From the NCBI RefSeq assembly GCF_000010065.1, contig NC_006576.1, forward strand, positions 1,800,001 through 1,832,000: a stretch of DNA of 32,000 nucleotides, read 5' to 3'. Under the pieces are notes generated by a model. It saw nothing but the letters and a program-made list of their open reading frames with translations, was not told where the DNA came from and did not search any database. Shown one piece after another: positions 19,397 to 28,656 of the stretch. The first letter of the stretch is position 1. Each line of letters starts with the position of its first letter. Both the position numbers and the translations under genes were made by a program. This DNA is from Synechococcus elongatus PCC 6301 (GTDB lineage: Bacteria > Cyanobacteriota > Cyanobacteriia > Synechococcales > Synechococcaceae).

Positions 19397-20203
19397 GTGA
19401 TGGTTTCCCCTCAGCCGATTGGCCGCGATCGCCCTTTTGAAATTGGTCTCTACTTAGAACGCGGCTGGCAACTGTTTCGCCAAAACTGGCAGCTCTACGT
19501 TCCCTTTGGCCTAATTCTGTTTGCCTTTGGCTTCATCTTGGGCATGGCCTCAAGCCTGCTTCAGATTGCCGTGTGTCTGTCGCTAGCGGTCTCGATTGAC
19601 GAGTGCCCAGAGTGGGTGCCTCAACTGGTTGATCTGCCCTTCAATCTGATCTCTTGGCTGGTGGGAACGCCCTTAGGGGCAGGACCTGTAGTTGCTGCCC
19701 TCCTGCAGCTTCAGCACCAAACCCCAGAGTTCAGTGATTTCTTCAAGGGCTTTCGGCGCTTTTGGCCCTTGGTCCTGACCAGCTTTTTGATCGGCTTCAT
19801 TATCTTTATCGTCGTCTTCGTGATCGCGCTCGTGTTCGGTGCAGTCGCCTTTTTGCTCAATCAAGCTGGAACGCCAGTGGAAGGATTGGTGGGCATTGCG
19901 ATCGTGGGTGTTTTGCTGGCGATCGCAGCTGCAACCTACATCGGTGTGGGCTATTTGTTCGTGACCCCGATCGTCCTCGATCGCCGGATTGGGGTTTGGC
20001 AAGCACTGGAACTGAGTCGACAGGTGGTTGCCCCTCGCTGGTGGTCAGCTTTCGGCTTCCTGATTTTGCTCGGTCTAATCAATGGCTTAGGCTTTCTTGC
20101 CTGCTGTGTTGGTTTGCTGGTCACCATTCCTGTGACGCTCTGTGCGATCGCGGTCGCCTATTCTGATCAGATTGGCCTCGAAACGGCTGAGACTGCGGTC
20201 TAG
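19397..20203 (+). CDS. Integral membrane protein of unknown function
   Basis: 268 aa, multiple TM segments including a long Ile/Val/Ala-rich one; ORF opens ATGGTTTCCCCT. Confidence 0.75.
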   Translation: MMVSPQPIGRDRPFEIGLYLERGWQLFRQNWQLYVPFGLILFAFGFILGMASSLLQIAVCLSLAVSIDECPEWVPQLVDLPFNLISWLVGTPLGAGPVVAALLQLQHQTPEFSDFFKGFRRFWPLVLTSFLIGFIIFIVVFVIALVFGAVAFLLNQAGTPVEGLVGIAIVGVLLAIAAATYIGVGYLFVTPIVLDRRIGVWQALELSRQVVAPRWWSAFGFLILLGLINGLGFLACCVGLLVTIPVTLCAIAVAYSDQIGLETAETAV

Positions 20204-20251
20204 TTCCAGCAGCCTTCTTAGAATGAGAAAGCTGACTTCTGTTGCGATCGC

Positions 20252-22159
20252 GTGCCCCACACTGAAGAATTCGACGTCATTGTCATTGGCGCGGGCCATG
20301 CCGGTTGTGAGGCAGCCTTGGCAGCCGCTCGACTGGGCTGTCAAACCCTATTGCTGACTCTCAACCTCGATCGCATTGGCTGGCAACCCTGTAATCCGGC
20401 AGTGGGTGGGCCAGCCAAATCTCAACTCGCCCACGAAGTCGATGCCTTGGGCGGCGAAATCGGCAAAATGGCCGATCGCACCTATCTGCAAAAGCGGGTG
20501 CTGAATGCTTCGCGAGGTCCTGCTGTTTGGGCATTACGGGCGCAGACCGACAAGCGTGAATATGCGGCTGTCATCAAGCAAGTGCTGGAGCAGCAACCAA
20601 ACTTACGCCTGCGGGAAGGCATGGTTACCGATCTGCTGATTGGGCCAAATGACGAAGTTCAAGGCGTGACAACCTACTTCGGCTCCAGCTTCCGTGCCAA
20701 AGCAGTGATTTTGACCACAGGCACGTTCCTCGGGGGCTGCATCTGGGTGGGCAATAAGTCGATGCCTGCCGGTCGTGCCGGAGAATTTGCTGCTGTTGGC
20801 CTGACGGAAACCCTGCAACGACTGGGCTTTGAAACCGATCGCCTCAAAACGGGAACCCCGGCCCGCGTCGATAAGCGATCGGTGGACTACAGCCGCTTGG
20901 AACCCCAGCCCGGCGATCCAGAGGTGCGTTGGTTCAGCTTTGATCCCGAAGCGTGGGTGGAACGCGAACAACTACCCTGCTATCTGACGCGCACGACGGC
21001 CGAAACGCACAAACTAATCCGCGACAACCTGTACCTGACGCCGGTTTATGGCGGCTACATCGACGCCAAAGGGCCGCGCTACTGCCCCAGCATTGAGGAC
21101 AAAATTGTTCGCTTTGCCGATAAGGAATCCCATCAAATTTTCATTGAGCCGGAAGGTCGCGACATTCCCGAGCTCTACATCCAAGGCTTCTCGACGGGAC
21201 TGCCAGAGGATTTGCAGCTAGCGTTGCTGCAGACGCTGCCCGGTCTAGAAGACTGCGTGATGCTGCGTCCTGCTTATGCGGTTGAATATGACTATTTGCC
21301 CGCCACGCAATGCTTGCCGACGTTGATGACGCGGCGCGTTGAAGGACTGTTCAGCGCGGGGCAACTCAACGGCACCACCGGCTACGAAGAGGCTGCCGCC
21401 CAAGGCATCGTTGCGGGGATTAATGCCGCTCGCTTTGTCCAAGGTCAGGATGCGATCGTCTTCCCTCGCGAAGGCAGCTACATTGGCACCCTGATCGATG
21501 ACCTCTGCACCAAGGATCTGCGCGAACCCTATCGGGTGCTGACCAGTCGCAGCGAATATCGCCTCCTCTTGCGAGCCGATAATGCCGATCAGCGCATGAC
21601 ACCGTTGGGTCGTGAAATTGGCCTGATTGACGATCGCCGCTGGGCATTGTTTGAGCAAAAGCAAGCTCGGATTGCTGCCGAGCAAACGCGCCTCACGCAA
21701 CAGCGGGTTAAGGAACACGATCCAGTCGGACAGGCGATCGCGCAGCAAACCCAAGCCCCAATCAAAGGCTCAGCTACCTTAGCTGACCTGTTGCGGCGTC
21801 CGAATTTCCACTACATCGATTTGGAGGCGCATGGACTCGGAGATCCGAGTTTGGCGATCGCGGAAAAAGAAGGGGCTGAAATCGCGATCAAATACGCGGG
21901 CTATCTGCAACGCCAACAGGCGCAAGTCGATCAGGTGGTGCGCCAGAGCCAACGGCCACTGCCAGTCGATTTGGACTACAGCGCCATCACCTCCATGCGT
22001 TTGGAAGCACGAGAAAAACTGGCGCGCTTCCGGCCGCTGACCTTGGGGCAAGCCAGTCGAATTGGTGGCGTCAACCCAGCCGATATCAATGCGCTCTTGA
22101 TTTGGCTCGAAGTTCAAGAGCGTCAGCGCAGCCAAGTTGAGACAGCCTTGGTACGATAA
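20252..22159 (+). CDS. mnmG: tRNA uridine-5-carboxymethylaminomethyl modification enzyme MnmG (GidA)
   Basis: FAD-binding [78 protein letters not shown] start. Confidence 0.98.
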   Translation: MPHTEEFDVIVIGAGHAGCEAALAAARLGCQTLLLTLNLDRIGWQPCNPAVGGPAKSQLAHEVDALGGEIGKMADRTYLQKRVLNASRGPAVWALRAQTDKREYAAVIKQVLEQQPNLRLREGMVTDLLIGPNDEVQGVTTYFGSSFRAKAVILTTGTFLGGCIWVGNKSMPAGRAGEFAAVGLTETLQRLGFETDRLKTGTPARVDKRSVDYSRLEPQPGDPEVRWFSFDPEAWVEREQLPCYLTRTTAETHKLIRDNLYLTPVYGGYIDAKGPRYCPSIEDKIVRFADKESHQIFIEPEGRDIPELYIQGFSTGLPEDLQLALLQTLPGLEDCVMLRPAYAVEYDYLPATQCLPTLMTRRVEGLFSAGQLNGTTGYEEAAAQGIVAGINAARFVQGQDAIVFPREGSYIGTLIDDLCTKDLREPYRVLTSRSEYRLLLRADNADQRMTPLGREIGLIDDRRWALFEQKQARIAAEQTRLTQQRVKEHDPVGQAIAQQTQAPIKGSATLADLLRRPNFHYIDLEAHGLGDPSLAIAEKEGAEIAIKYAGYLQRQQAQVDQVVRQSQRPLPVDLDYSAITSMRLEAREKLARFRPLTLGQASRIGGVNPADINALLIWLEVQERQRSQVETALVR

Positions 22160-22182
22160 GGCCGACTTGATTGCAGAGTGCC

Positions 22183-23049
22183 ATGACTGCTGGGCAGCCA
22201 ACAGAACCAACAGAGGCCAAAACGGTCACTGCCGTACCGGTGCTGCCGACTGATCTCGAGGCGACGGTTGACCAGACGATCGATGCAGTTTTTGATCGGC
22301 TGGGTCTCAACAGTGAACAGCGCAGTCTTTGGCTGGCATCTCGGGCTACCAGTCCAACCTTGGTCGTCTACGCGCCCCCGCCGGCGCCCCCTGCACCTGT
22401 CATCGCCACAGTGGAAACGGATCCCAATCGCGATCGCTGGCGGCTGGTTTTTGCGGCGATCGCTCTCGTGCTGGCAGCTGGCTTGGGATTTTGGAATCTG
22501 CGGCAATGGCAACAACAGACGGCCCTCGCCAGCTCAGCTGAAAACCAGGAATTTGCCAGCTACCTCAGTCGCAGTTTGGATTTACTGGAAGCGGATCCGA
22601 CTGCTGAAACTGCGATCGCTTCCAATCCCACTGCCGTGATGCCGCCCTTGGCTGGGTTAATTCCGCCGCCCCCACCTAACGGCAACACTGGCACCCTGCC
22701 GCCTCCGGCCCCGATCACGGTTGCGCCAACTTCAGTTGGGACGCTCCCGCCGCCTCCCCCACTGTTGCCTGCTCCACCCGTCAGTAGTGGGGGGAGCACG
22801 GTCAGTCAGCCGCCTGCCCCGCCGGTCACTGCGGCCCCAACTCCGGTGGCCGCCAGCCGTACCCTCAATGGCGTGATTGATCTAGGCGATCGCTCGACTG
22901 CCCTGTTCACAATCAATGGTGCTAGTCAACAGGTCGGCGTTGGTCAAAGCCTTGGGGATGGTTACGTCGTCAAGCAAATCACCAGCCAGAGCGTGACGCT
23001 GGGACGCGGTGGTAGTCAGCAGACCATCCCGATCGGCGGGTCGTTCTAG
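22183..23049 (+). CDS. Single-TM, proline-rich hypothetical protein with a compact C-terminal beta domain
   Basis: TM segment WRLVFAAIALVLAAGLGFWNL, Pro-rich linker (PPPPPNGNTGTLPPPAP...), C-terminal GVIDLGDRSTALFTINGASQQVGVGQSLGDGYVVKQITSQSVTLGRGGSQQTIPIGG. Start taken at the internal MTAGQP; track start is 22171. Confidence 0.75.
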   Translation: MTAGQPTEPTEAKTVTAVPVLPTDLEATVDQTIDAVFDRLGLNSEQRSLWLASRATSPTLVVYAPPPAPPAPVIATVETDPNRDRWRLVFAAIALVLAAGLGFWNLRQWQQQTALASSAENQEFASYLSRSLDLLEADPTAETAIASNPTAVMPPLAGLIPPPPPNGNTGTLPPPAPITVAPTSVGTLPPPPPLLPAPPVSSGGSTVSQPPAPPVTAAPTPVAASRTLNGVIDLGDRSTALFTINGASQQVGVGQSLGDGYVVKQITSQSVTLGRGGSQQTIPIGGSF

Positions 23050-23129
23050 GGCAGCATTTTGCGAACACCTCGGGCGATCGCGCAGGAGTGCTACCCTGCG
23101 ATCGCTGTCTGTGCTGCCCCCTGCAAGTC

Positions 23130-24047
23130 ATGAATTGGACGACTGCGCTGCCAAGCTTCTTGATTACCCTGCGCGAGGGATTTGAAGCCGCACTCGTGGT
23201 GGGCATTGTCCTCGCTTGCTTGGCCAAAGCCGATCGCCCTGACCTAAAGCGCTGGGTTTACCTCGGACTTTTGGCCGGACTCCTGGCCAGTCTGTTACTG
23301 GGGCTGCTCCTTGGTAATGCCCTCGGAACGCTGAGCGCCGCGCAGTTTTACTATGCTCCTGCCCTACGCCTACTCCTAGAAGCCCTGCTCTGTGCGATCG
23401 CTGTCGGGTTACTCAGCTGGATGCTGATCTGGATGACCCAGCAATCGCGATCGCTGAAATCGGAGGTGGAGCAAGGAATTCAGCAAGCAATTCGAGCAGG
23501 GAGCGATCGCGCCGTCTTTGGCATTGTTTTTGCGGCGGTCTTGCGCGAAGGCTTTGAAACCGTGATCTTCCTGCTAACCCAAGGGCAACGTGGTTGGTTG
23601 CCGAGTCTAGGGGCAATCGCGGGTCTAAGTGGCGCTGGCCTGTTGGGTTGGGCAATCTTTCGAGGCAGCATCCGGCTCAATCTGCGGCGTTTTTTCCAAG
23701 TTATGGGCGTCCTCCTGCTGGTGATTACGGGTGGACTGCTACTGACCGCGCTACGGAAGCTCGACGGCGGACTCGGCCTGCTCAATCAACTCAGCCAAGG
23801 CCGTTGGGGACTCTGCCAGAGTGCAGCATCTTGTGTGCTAGGGCCACAACTCTGGGATCTGCAAGCCGTCCTACCCGATCGCCAATTCCCAGGACTGTTC
23901 CTCAAATTAATTGCAGGCTACAGCGATCGCCTCTTCCTCATTCCTGCTATTGCCTACATCATCTTCTGGATTGGAGTGGGTGGCCTTTACTTCCGCAGCC
24001 TGCGATCGCCCCAACCCACCAAAACACCTGCTCCGCAGGAGTCCTGA
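23130..24047 (+). CDS. FTR1/EfeU family high-affinity iron permease
   Basis: Two REGxE motifs (LREGFEAALVVGIVLA; LREGFETVIFL) in a polytopic membrane protein. Start taken at the internal MNWTTALPSFLITLREG. Confidence 0.88.
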   Translation: MNWTTALPSFLITLREGFEAALVVGIVLACLAKADRPDLKRWVYLGLLAGLLASLLLGLLLGNALGTLSAAQFYYAPALRLLLEALLCAIAVGLLSWMLIWMTQQSRSLKSEVEQGIQQAIRAGSDRAVFGIVFAAVLREGFETVIFLLTQGQRGWLPSLGAIAGLSGAGLLGWAIFRGSIRLNLRRFFQVMGVLLLVITGGLLLTALRKLDGGLGLLNQLSQGRWGLCQSAASCVLGPQLWDLQAVLPDRQFPGLFLKLIAGYSDRLFLIPAIAYIIFWIGVGGLYFRSLRSPQPTKTPAPQES

Positions 24048-24077
24048 TAATCCTGACTAGGTCGAAGTGACTGGGGA

Positions 24078-24812
24078 TTAGATGCCCGCGCCGTCTAAAA
24101 ATTCTTCAATCGTGCGATCGCGTAGTTGACAGCGATCGCCCACGGGAGCCAAGGTGACATCGATGGCTTCTTCGGCAGGTGGAAGATTGAGCCCTTCCAG
24201 TTGATCCTCAAGCGCTTCGATGCGATCGAGCAGCATCCGAATCACCCGCGCTTCCGAGTCGGGCATCTGGCTGTGATCCAGTGGATCGACGCGCACGCCA
24301 GAACGATAGATGACGCGGCCGGGAATACCAACCACCGTGCAGTCTGAGGGCACATCTCGCAGCACCACCGAACCAGCACCAATGCGGACATTCTCGCCGA
24401 TCTGGATATTGCCGAGTACCTTCGCTCCAGCGCCAACCACGACGTTGTTAGCTAGCGTTGGGTGGCGTTTTCCGCTTTGCTTACCCGTACCGCCGAGGGT
24501 TACACCCTGATAAATCAGGCAGTAGTCGCCAACGATCGCCGTTTCACCAATCACCACGCCCATGCCGTGGTCGATGAAAATGCCTTGACCGAGGCGAGCC
24601 CCGGGGTGAATTTCCACTCCCGTCAGTAGACGGCTGAGATGCGACAACAGGCGCGGAATCACTGGCAAGCGCTGCTGATAGAGCCAATGAGCAACCCGAT
24701 GGCAAACTAGCGCCTGAAATCCGGGGTAGCACAGCAGGACTTCCAGCCCGTTGCGGGCAGCGGGGTCCCGTTCAAAGATGATGCGGAAATCGGCAGCCAG
24801 CGTTTTAAACAC
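24078..24812 (-). CDS. cysE: Serine O-acetyltransferase
   Basis: Hexapeptide-repeat acyltransferase: IHPGARLGQGIFIDHGMGVVIGETAIVGDYCLIYQGVTLGGTGK...GAGSVVLRDVPSDCTVVGIPGRVI. Confidence 0.96.
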   Translation of the reverse strand: MFKTLAADFRIIFERDPAARNGLEVLLCYPGFQALVCHRVAHWLYQQRLPVIPRLLSHLSRLLTGVEIHPGARLGQGIFIDHGMGVVIGETAIVGDYCLIYQGVTLGGTGKQSGKRHPTLANNVVVGAGAKVLGNIQIGENVRIGAGSVVLRDVPSDCTVVGIPGRVIYRSGVRVDPLDHSQMPDSEARVIRMLLDRIEALEDQLEGLNLPPAEEAIDVTLAPVGDRCQLRDRTIEEFLDGAGI

Positions 24813-24872
24813 GGGTGGCAGCAGGGTAAACAGTTCCCTCTATGCTGACATAGGCTGTTCTGGACGGTTGGA

Positions 24873-25397
24873 TTAAGCAGCAAAGTACTGGGTATGACTG
24901 TGCAGCTCGGTTACTTCTGCGCGAGGTGCGATCGCGGGGGCCGTTTCTTCGGGCTGCTGAACTTGGGCGAGCAAGCGCTGCAAGCGAGGAATAGTGCCGC
25001 TGTTGTAGACACGGAACTCGCTAGCGATATTGCCTCGCTCTGTGCGAACGCCTTGGTTCAAAACCAGTGAGCCATCGGGGTCGGAAACAGAGCGATGGAA
25101 GGTTCCTGGCGGTAGGCGCAGGATCTCTTTGCCGGCTTCGAGGCGTACAACGTGAAACGGCTGTTCCCAAGCAAAGTTGACGAGGAAAAAGGTGCGGCCG
25201 CCGGTCAGGGCCAAGAGATTGTCCTCTTGGTTGGGATGTAGATAAAACTGCCAGTTGCCATCCTCGTCATTATTCGGGCTGACGGCAGGCCCTTCATGGA
25301 AGACTAAGTCACGAATATTCGAGGTTGCGATCGTGACATCAAAGAAGCGCACACTCGGCGTATTGCGGAATTTTTCGTAGCCAATTAGCTCATACAT
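24873..25397 (-). CDS. Small conserved protein, possibly cupin-like
   Basis: 174 aa; acidic/aromatic-rich; FHVVRLEAGKEILRLPPGTFHRSVSDPDGSLVLNQGVRT resembles a cupin-type strand pattern. Confidence 0.6.
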   Translation of the reverse strand: MYELIGYEKFRNTPSVRFFDVTIATSNIRDLVFHEGPAVSPNNDEDGNWQFYLHPNQEDNLLALTGGRTFFLVNFAWEQPFHVVRLEAGKEILRLPPGTFHRSVSDPDGSLVLNQGVRTERGNIASEFRVYNSGTIPRLQRLLAQVQQPEETAPAIAPRAEVTELHSHTQYFAA

Positions 25398-25509
25398 GAC
25401 AGTAATCTCGAAGCCCCTGAGTGGATAAACAGCACCTTAGAAGGGGCAACAAGGGGAATCAAAACGGCTTCAACAGGCTATCCATTCGCAAACTGCATAG
25501 ATTCTCACT

Positions 25510-26394
25510 ATGAACATTACGCAATTGCAGATTTTGGCGGCCGTCGTTGAAACGGGTAATTTTTCGGCGGCAGCGCTGCAGCTCGATCTCTCTCAATCGG
25601 CTGTCAGCCGAGCGATCGCGGCGCTGGAGGATGAGCTGGGTGTGGTGTTGCTATCGCGTGGGCGGTTTGGGGCTAGGCCGACTCGGGTCGGTGAGCGGGT
25701 TCTGCAACTAGCGCAGCGAATGTTGCAGCTACACGACAGCATTGTGCACGAGGTCAATCTTGAAAAAGGGCTGCAAGGTGGCCATTTGCGGATTGCTTCC
25801 TTCCGTAGTGCTGCCACCCATGTGCTGCCACCGCGCTTGGCGCTGTTTCGACAGCGTTGTCCCGGCGTCAGTGTCAGCATCATTGAAACTGATCCGCAGG
25901 GGGTTGAGCAGGCATTGCGGGAGGGCAAGGTCGATATTGGCCTGCTGCCGCTACCGCGATCGGAGGAGTTTGATACTTGGGAAATCACGCGCGATGAATA
26001 CGTGGTGCTCCTGCCCAGCACTGCGCATCCCTTGGGGCAGCCACTCACTTGGGCGCAGCTCTCGCGCTATGAGTTCATCCTCTACAACTATGCAGAATGC
26101 ACCACGGCCGTTCGCCAGCATTGGGCGACGGCTCGCCAGGAGCTCAAGGTGGCTTACGAAATCAAGGAGGATTCCACGATCGTCAGCATGGTTGCCCAAG
26201 GGTTAGGAGCAGCGATCTTGCCCCGTTTGGCTGCCGTGCCGATTCCTCCAGAAGTCGCTGCCCACTCCCTACCCATTCCGTTGGAGCGAGTGATCGGGGC
26301 GGCGATTTTAGCGAGTGCCCTGCAGGTGCCGTCCGTTTTTGCCTTTCTGGATGTCCTGCGCCAAACTGCGCCAGAGGTTCGCGCCACAGGCTAG
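25510..26394 (+). CDS. LysR-family transcriptional regulator
   Basis: N-terminal wHTH MNITQLQILAAVVETGNFSAAALQLDLSQSAVSRAIAALEDELGVVLLSR; LysR substrate-binding domain. Confidence 0.96.
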   Translation: MNITQLQILAAVVETGNFSAAALQLDLSQSAVSRAIAALEDELGVVLLSRGRFGARPTRVGERVLQLAQRMLQLHDSIVHEVNLEKGLQGGHLRIASFRSAATHVLPPRLALFRQRCPGVSVSIIETDPQGVEQALREGKVDIGLLPLPRSEEFDTWEITRDEYVVLLPSTAHPLGQPLTWAQLSRYEFILYNYAECTTAVRQHWATARQELKVAYEIKEDSTIVSMVAQGLGAAILPRLAAVPIPPEVAAHSLPIPLERVIGAAILASALQVPSVFAFLDVLRQTAPEVRATG

Positions 26395-26447
26395 CCTGAG
26401 AAGTCGAATCGCGATCGCTCATCTGCTGGGCTCAAGGACTGTTCTGC

Positions 26448-27713
26448 ATGATTCGCTCTTGGCGTCGCTGCTGCCTTGCATTGGTCTTGGTTGGGATGCT
26501 GTTCGGCTGTGCTCGCCAGAGCCAGAGCGATGGGGAAATTGTTTTCTGGACGATGCAGCTGCAGCCCAAGTTCATTCCCTACTTCACAGCACTCATCGAT
26601 CGCTTTGAGCAAGAGAATCCCGGCACCAAAGTGCGCTGGGTTGATATTCCTTGGTCAGCGATGGAGAGCAAAATTCTGACGGCAGTCTCGGCGGGCACGG
26701 CGCCAGATGTGGTCAACCTCAATCCAGTTTTTGCCTCGCAGTTAGCGTCGCGGGGCGCTCTCCTCGATCTCAGTCGGGCAGTGACACCAGAGCAGCGCGA
26801 TCGCTATCTGCCCAACATCTGGCAGGCCAGTAGTTTGCAGGGTCAGGCGTTTGGGCTGCCGTGGTACCTGACGACGCGGATTACGATCTTCAACCGTAAT
26901 TTGATGCAGCAGGCCGGCCTACAGAAGCCACCAGCGACCTATGCGGAACTAGCGAGCGCTGCGAAACAAATCCGCGATCGCACCGGCAAGTATGCTTTTT
27001 TCGTCACCTTTGTGCCCGAGGATTCCGGCGAAGTGCTGGAGTCGATGGTGCAGATGGGCGTGAAGTTGGTCGATGACCAAGGCAAAGCGGCTTTCAATAC
27101 TCCTGAAGGGATCGCGGCCTTCCGCTATTGGGTCGATCTCTACCAACAGGGCTTGCTACCCCAGGAAAGCCTGACCCAAGGCCACCGCCGTGCCGTCGAA
27201 CTCTACCAATCCGGTGAGATTGCGCTGCTGCAAACGGGCCCCGAGTTTTTGAATGCGATCGCCACCAATGCCCCCGCGATCGCAGCCGTTTCAGCTCCTG
27301 CTCCCCAACTGACTGGTGAGACGGGCAAGCGCAACGTCGCCGTGATGAATGTTGTGGTGCCGCAAGATGCCAGCGATCGCGAGATTGGCCTCAAGTTCGC
27401 GCTCTACGTCACTGACAGCGCCAATCAATTGGCTTTTGCGAAAGAAGCGAACGTCCTCCCTTCGACCACCGCTTCGCTACGGGACTACCGCCAACAACTG
27501 CGCGATCGCGCCGATATCAGTTCCACCTTGGCCCAGGCCCGCTCGATCAGCGCCGCCCAAATGGATCAAGCTCAGGTTCTAGTTCCTGCCGCCGCCGAGA
27601 TGAAAGAGCTGCAACGGCTGATTTATGAGAATCTCCAAGCTGCGATGCTACAGCGCAAAACTGTGGAACAAGCCGTCGCCGATGCTGCTGCTGCCTGGAA
27701 TCAAAGCCGCTAG
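26448..27713 (+). CDS. ABC transporter extracellular sugar-type substrate-binding lipoprotein (family 1)
   Basis: Lipobox-like LVGMLFGCA; VFWTMQLQPKFIPYFTALIDRFEQENPGTKVRWVDIPW...TAVSAGTAPDVVNLN. Confidence 0.93.
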   Translation: MIRSWRRCCLALVLVGMLFGCARQSQSDGEIVFWTMQLQPKFIPYFTALIDRFEQENPGTKVRWVDIPWSAMESKILTAVSAGTAPDVVNLNPVFASQLASRGALLDLSRAVTPEQRDRYLPNIWQASSLQGQAFGLPWYLTTRITIFNRNLMQQAGLQKPPATYAELASAAKQIRDRTGKYAFFVTFVPEDSGEVLESMVQMGVKLVDDQGKAAFNTPEGIAAFRYWVDLYQQGLLPQESLTQGHRRAVELYQSGEIALLQTGPEFLNAIATNAPAIAAVSAPAPQLTGETGKRNVAVMNVVVPQDASDREIGLKFALYVTDSANQLAFAKEANVLPSTTASLRDYRQQLRDRADISSTLAQARSISAAQMDQAQVLVPAAAEMKELQRLIYENLQAAMLQRKTVEQAVADAAAAWNQSR

Positions 27714-27770
27714 TCTGCTGCTTCTACCTTGCTGACGGGGCTTGGATTGCAAGCGATCGCCGCAGAGCTT

Positions 27771-27788
27771 GTTACAGTTGATCACATA
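27771..27788 (+). promoter_or_regulatory. Degenerate HLR1-like direct repeat (RpaB-type site) upstream of the response regulator
   Basis: GTTACAGT-TG-ATCACATA versus the published HLR1 consensus (G/T)TTACA(T/A)(T/A)-N2-(G/T)TTACA(T/A)(T/A). The left half matches well; the right half has two mismatches. Confidence 0.3.
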
Positions 27789-27819
27789 AATAAACTTTTT
27801 GTCATAAACCGGCATTGCC

Positions 27820-28587
27820 ATGCGATCGCTTAAAGCTGTCGAAGCTCCGAGCCTCAAGGAAAAAATTTTAGTCGTAGACGACGAAGCTGCGGTCCGTCGC
27901 ATTTTGACTATGCGCCTCTCGATGGCTGGCTATCAGGTGGTGGTCGCCAGCGATGGCCATGAAGCCTTGGCGATGTTTGAGCAAGAAGCGCCCGATTTGA
28001 TCGTGTTGGATGTGATGCTACCCAAACTCGATGGCTACGGCGTTTGCCGTGAGTTGCGGAAGCTCTCCGATGTACCAATCATCATGCTCTCTGCCCTGGG
28101 GGATATCGCCGATCGCATTACAGGGCTCGACTTGGGTGCTGACGACTATCTGCCCAAGCCCTTCTCTCCCAAGGAACTGGAAGCGCGGATCGCCACAATT
28201 CTGCGCCGGCTGGATGACTCTCCCAATGCGCTATCCGCCCCTTCCTCCCCAGGGGTGTTGCGCATCAGTGATGTAGAAATCGATACCAACCGCCGCCAAG
28301 TCTTTCAGCGGGGCGAGCGGGTTCCCCTGACTTACACCGAATTCAGCCTGCTGGAACTATTGTTCCGGCAGCCCGGTCGGGTCGTACCGCGCGCCGAAAT
28401 CTTGGAAGAACTCTGGGGCTATCCGCCGCGGCGCAATGCCGACCTGCGAGTCGTCGATGTCTATGTCGCCCGTCTGCGATCAAAGCTCGAAGCCGACCCC
28501 CGCAATCCTGAGCTGATCATCACAGTCCGCGGAACAGGCTATACCTCCCAGCGCCTCAAAGATTTACCGGAAGCGGCTGGAGCCTAG
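27820..28587 (+). CDS. srrA: OmpR-family response regulator, RpaB/Ycf27-like paralog (possibly SrrA)
   Basis: Receiver KILVVDDEAAVRRILTMRLSMAGYQVV...LIVLDVMLPKLDGYGVCRELRKLSDVPIIMLSALGDIADRITGLDLGADDYLPKPFSPKELEARI, winged helix C-terminus. SrrA is the RpaB paralog described in S. elongatus; assignment by recall. Family 0.97, symbol about 0.6. Confidence 0.7.
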   Translation: MRSLKAVEAPSLKEKILVVDDEAAVRRILTMRLSMAGYQVVVASDGHEALAMFEQEAPDLIVLDVMLPKLDGYGVCRELRKLSDVPIIMLSALGDIADRITGLDLGADDYLPKPFSPKELEARIATILRRLDDSPNALSAPSSPGVLRISDVEIDTNRRQVFQRGERVPLTYTEFSLLELLFRQPGRVVPRAEILEELWGYPPRRNADLRVVDVYVARLRSKLEADPRNPELIITVRGTGYTSQRLKDLPEAAGA

Positions 28588-28656
28588 GGCGATCGCCGGT
28601 TAGCAAATCACGGATGATGGAACAGTACTGCTGTCCGATCGCCGGTTTCGTCCTCC

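Noticed and set aside
26097-26399. 100-aa plus-strand ORF within the LysR gene
   Set aside because: Out-of-frame shadow of a clear LysR C-terminal domain; Arg/Ser/Pro-rich random-like composition.
28587-28656. Repeated CGATCGCCGGTT in the spacer before lysS
   Set aside because: Two copies in direct orientation can be explained by HIP1-like density plus short flanking similarity; no hairpin or clear regulatory layout.
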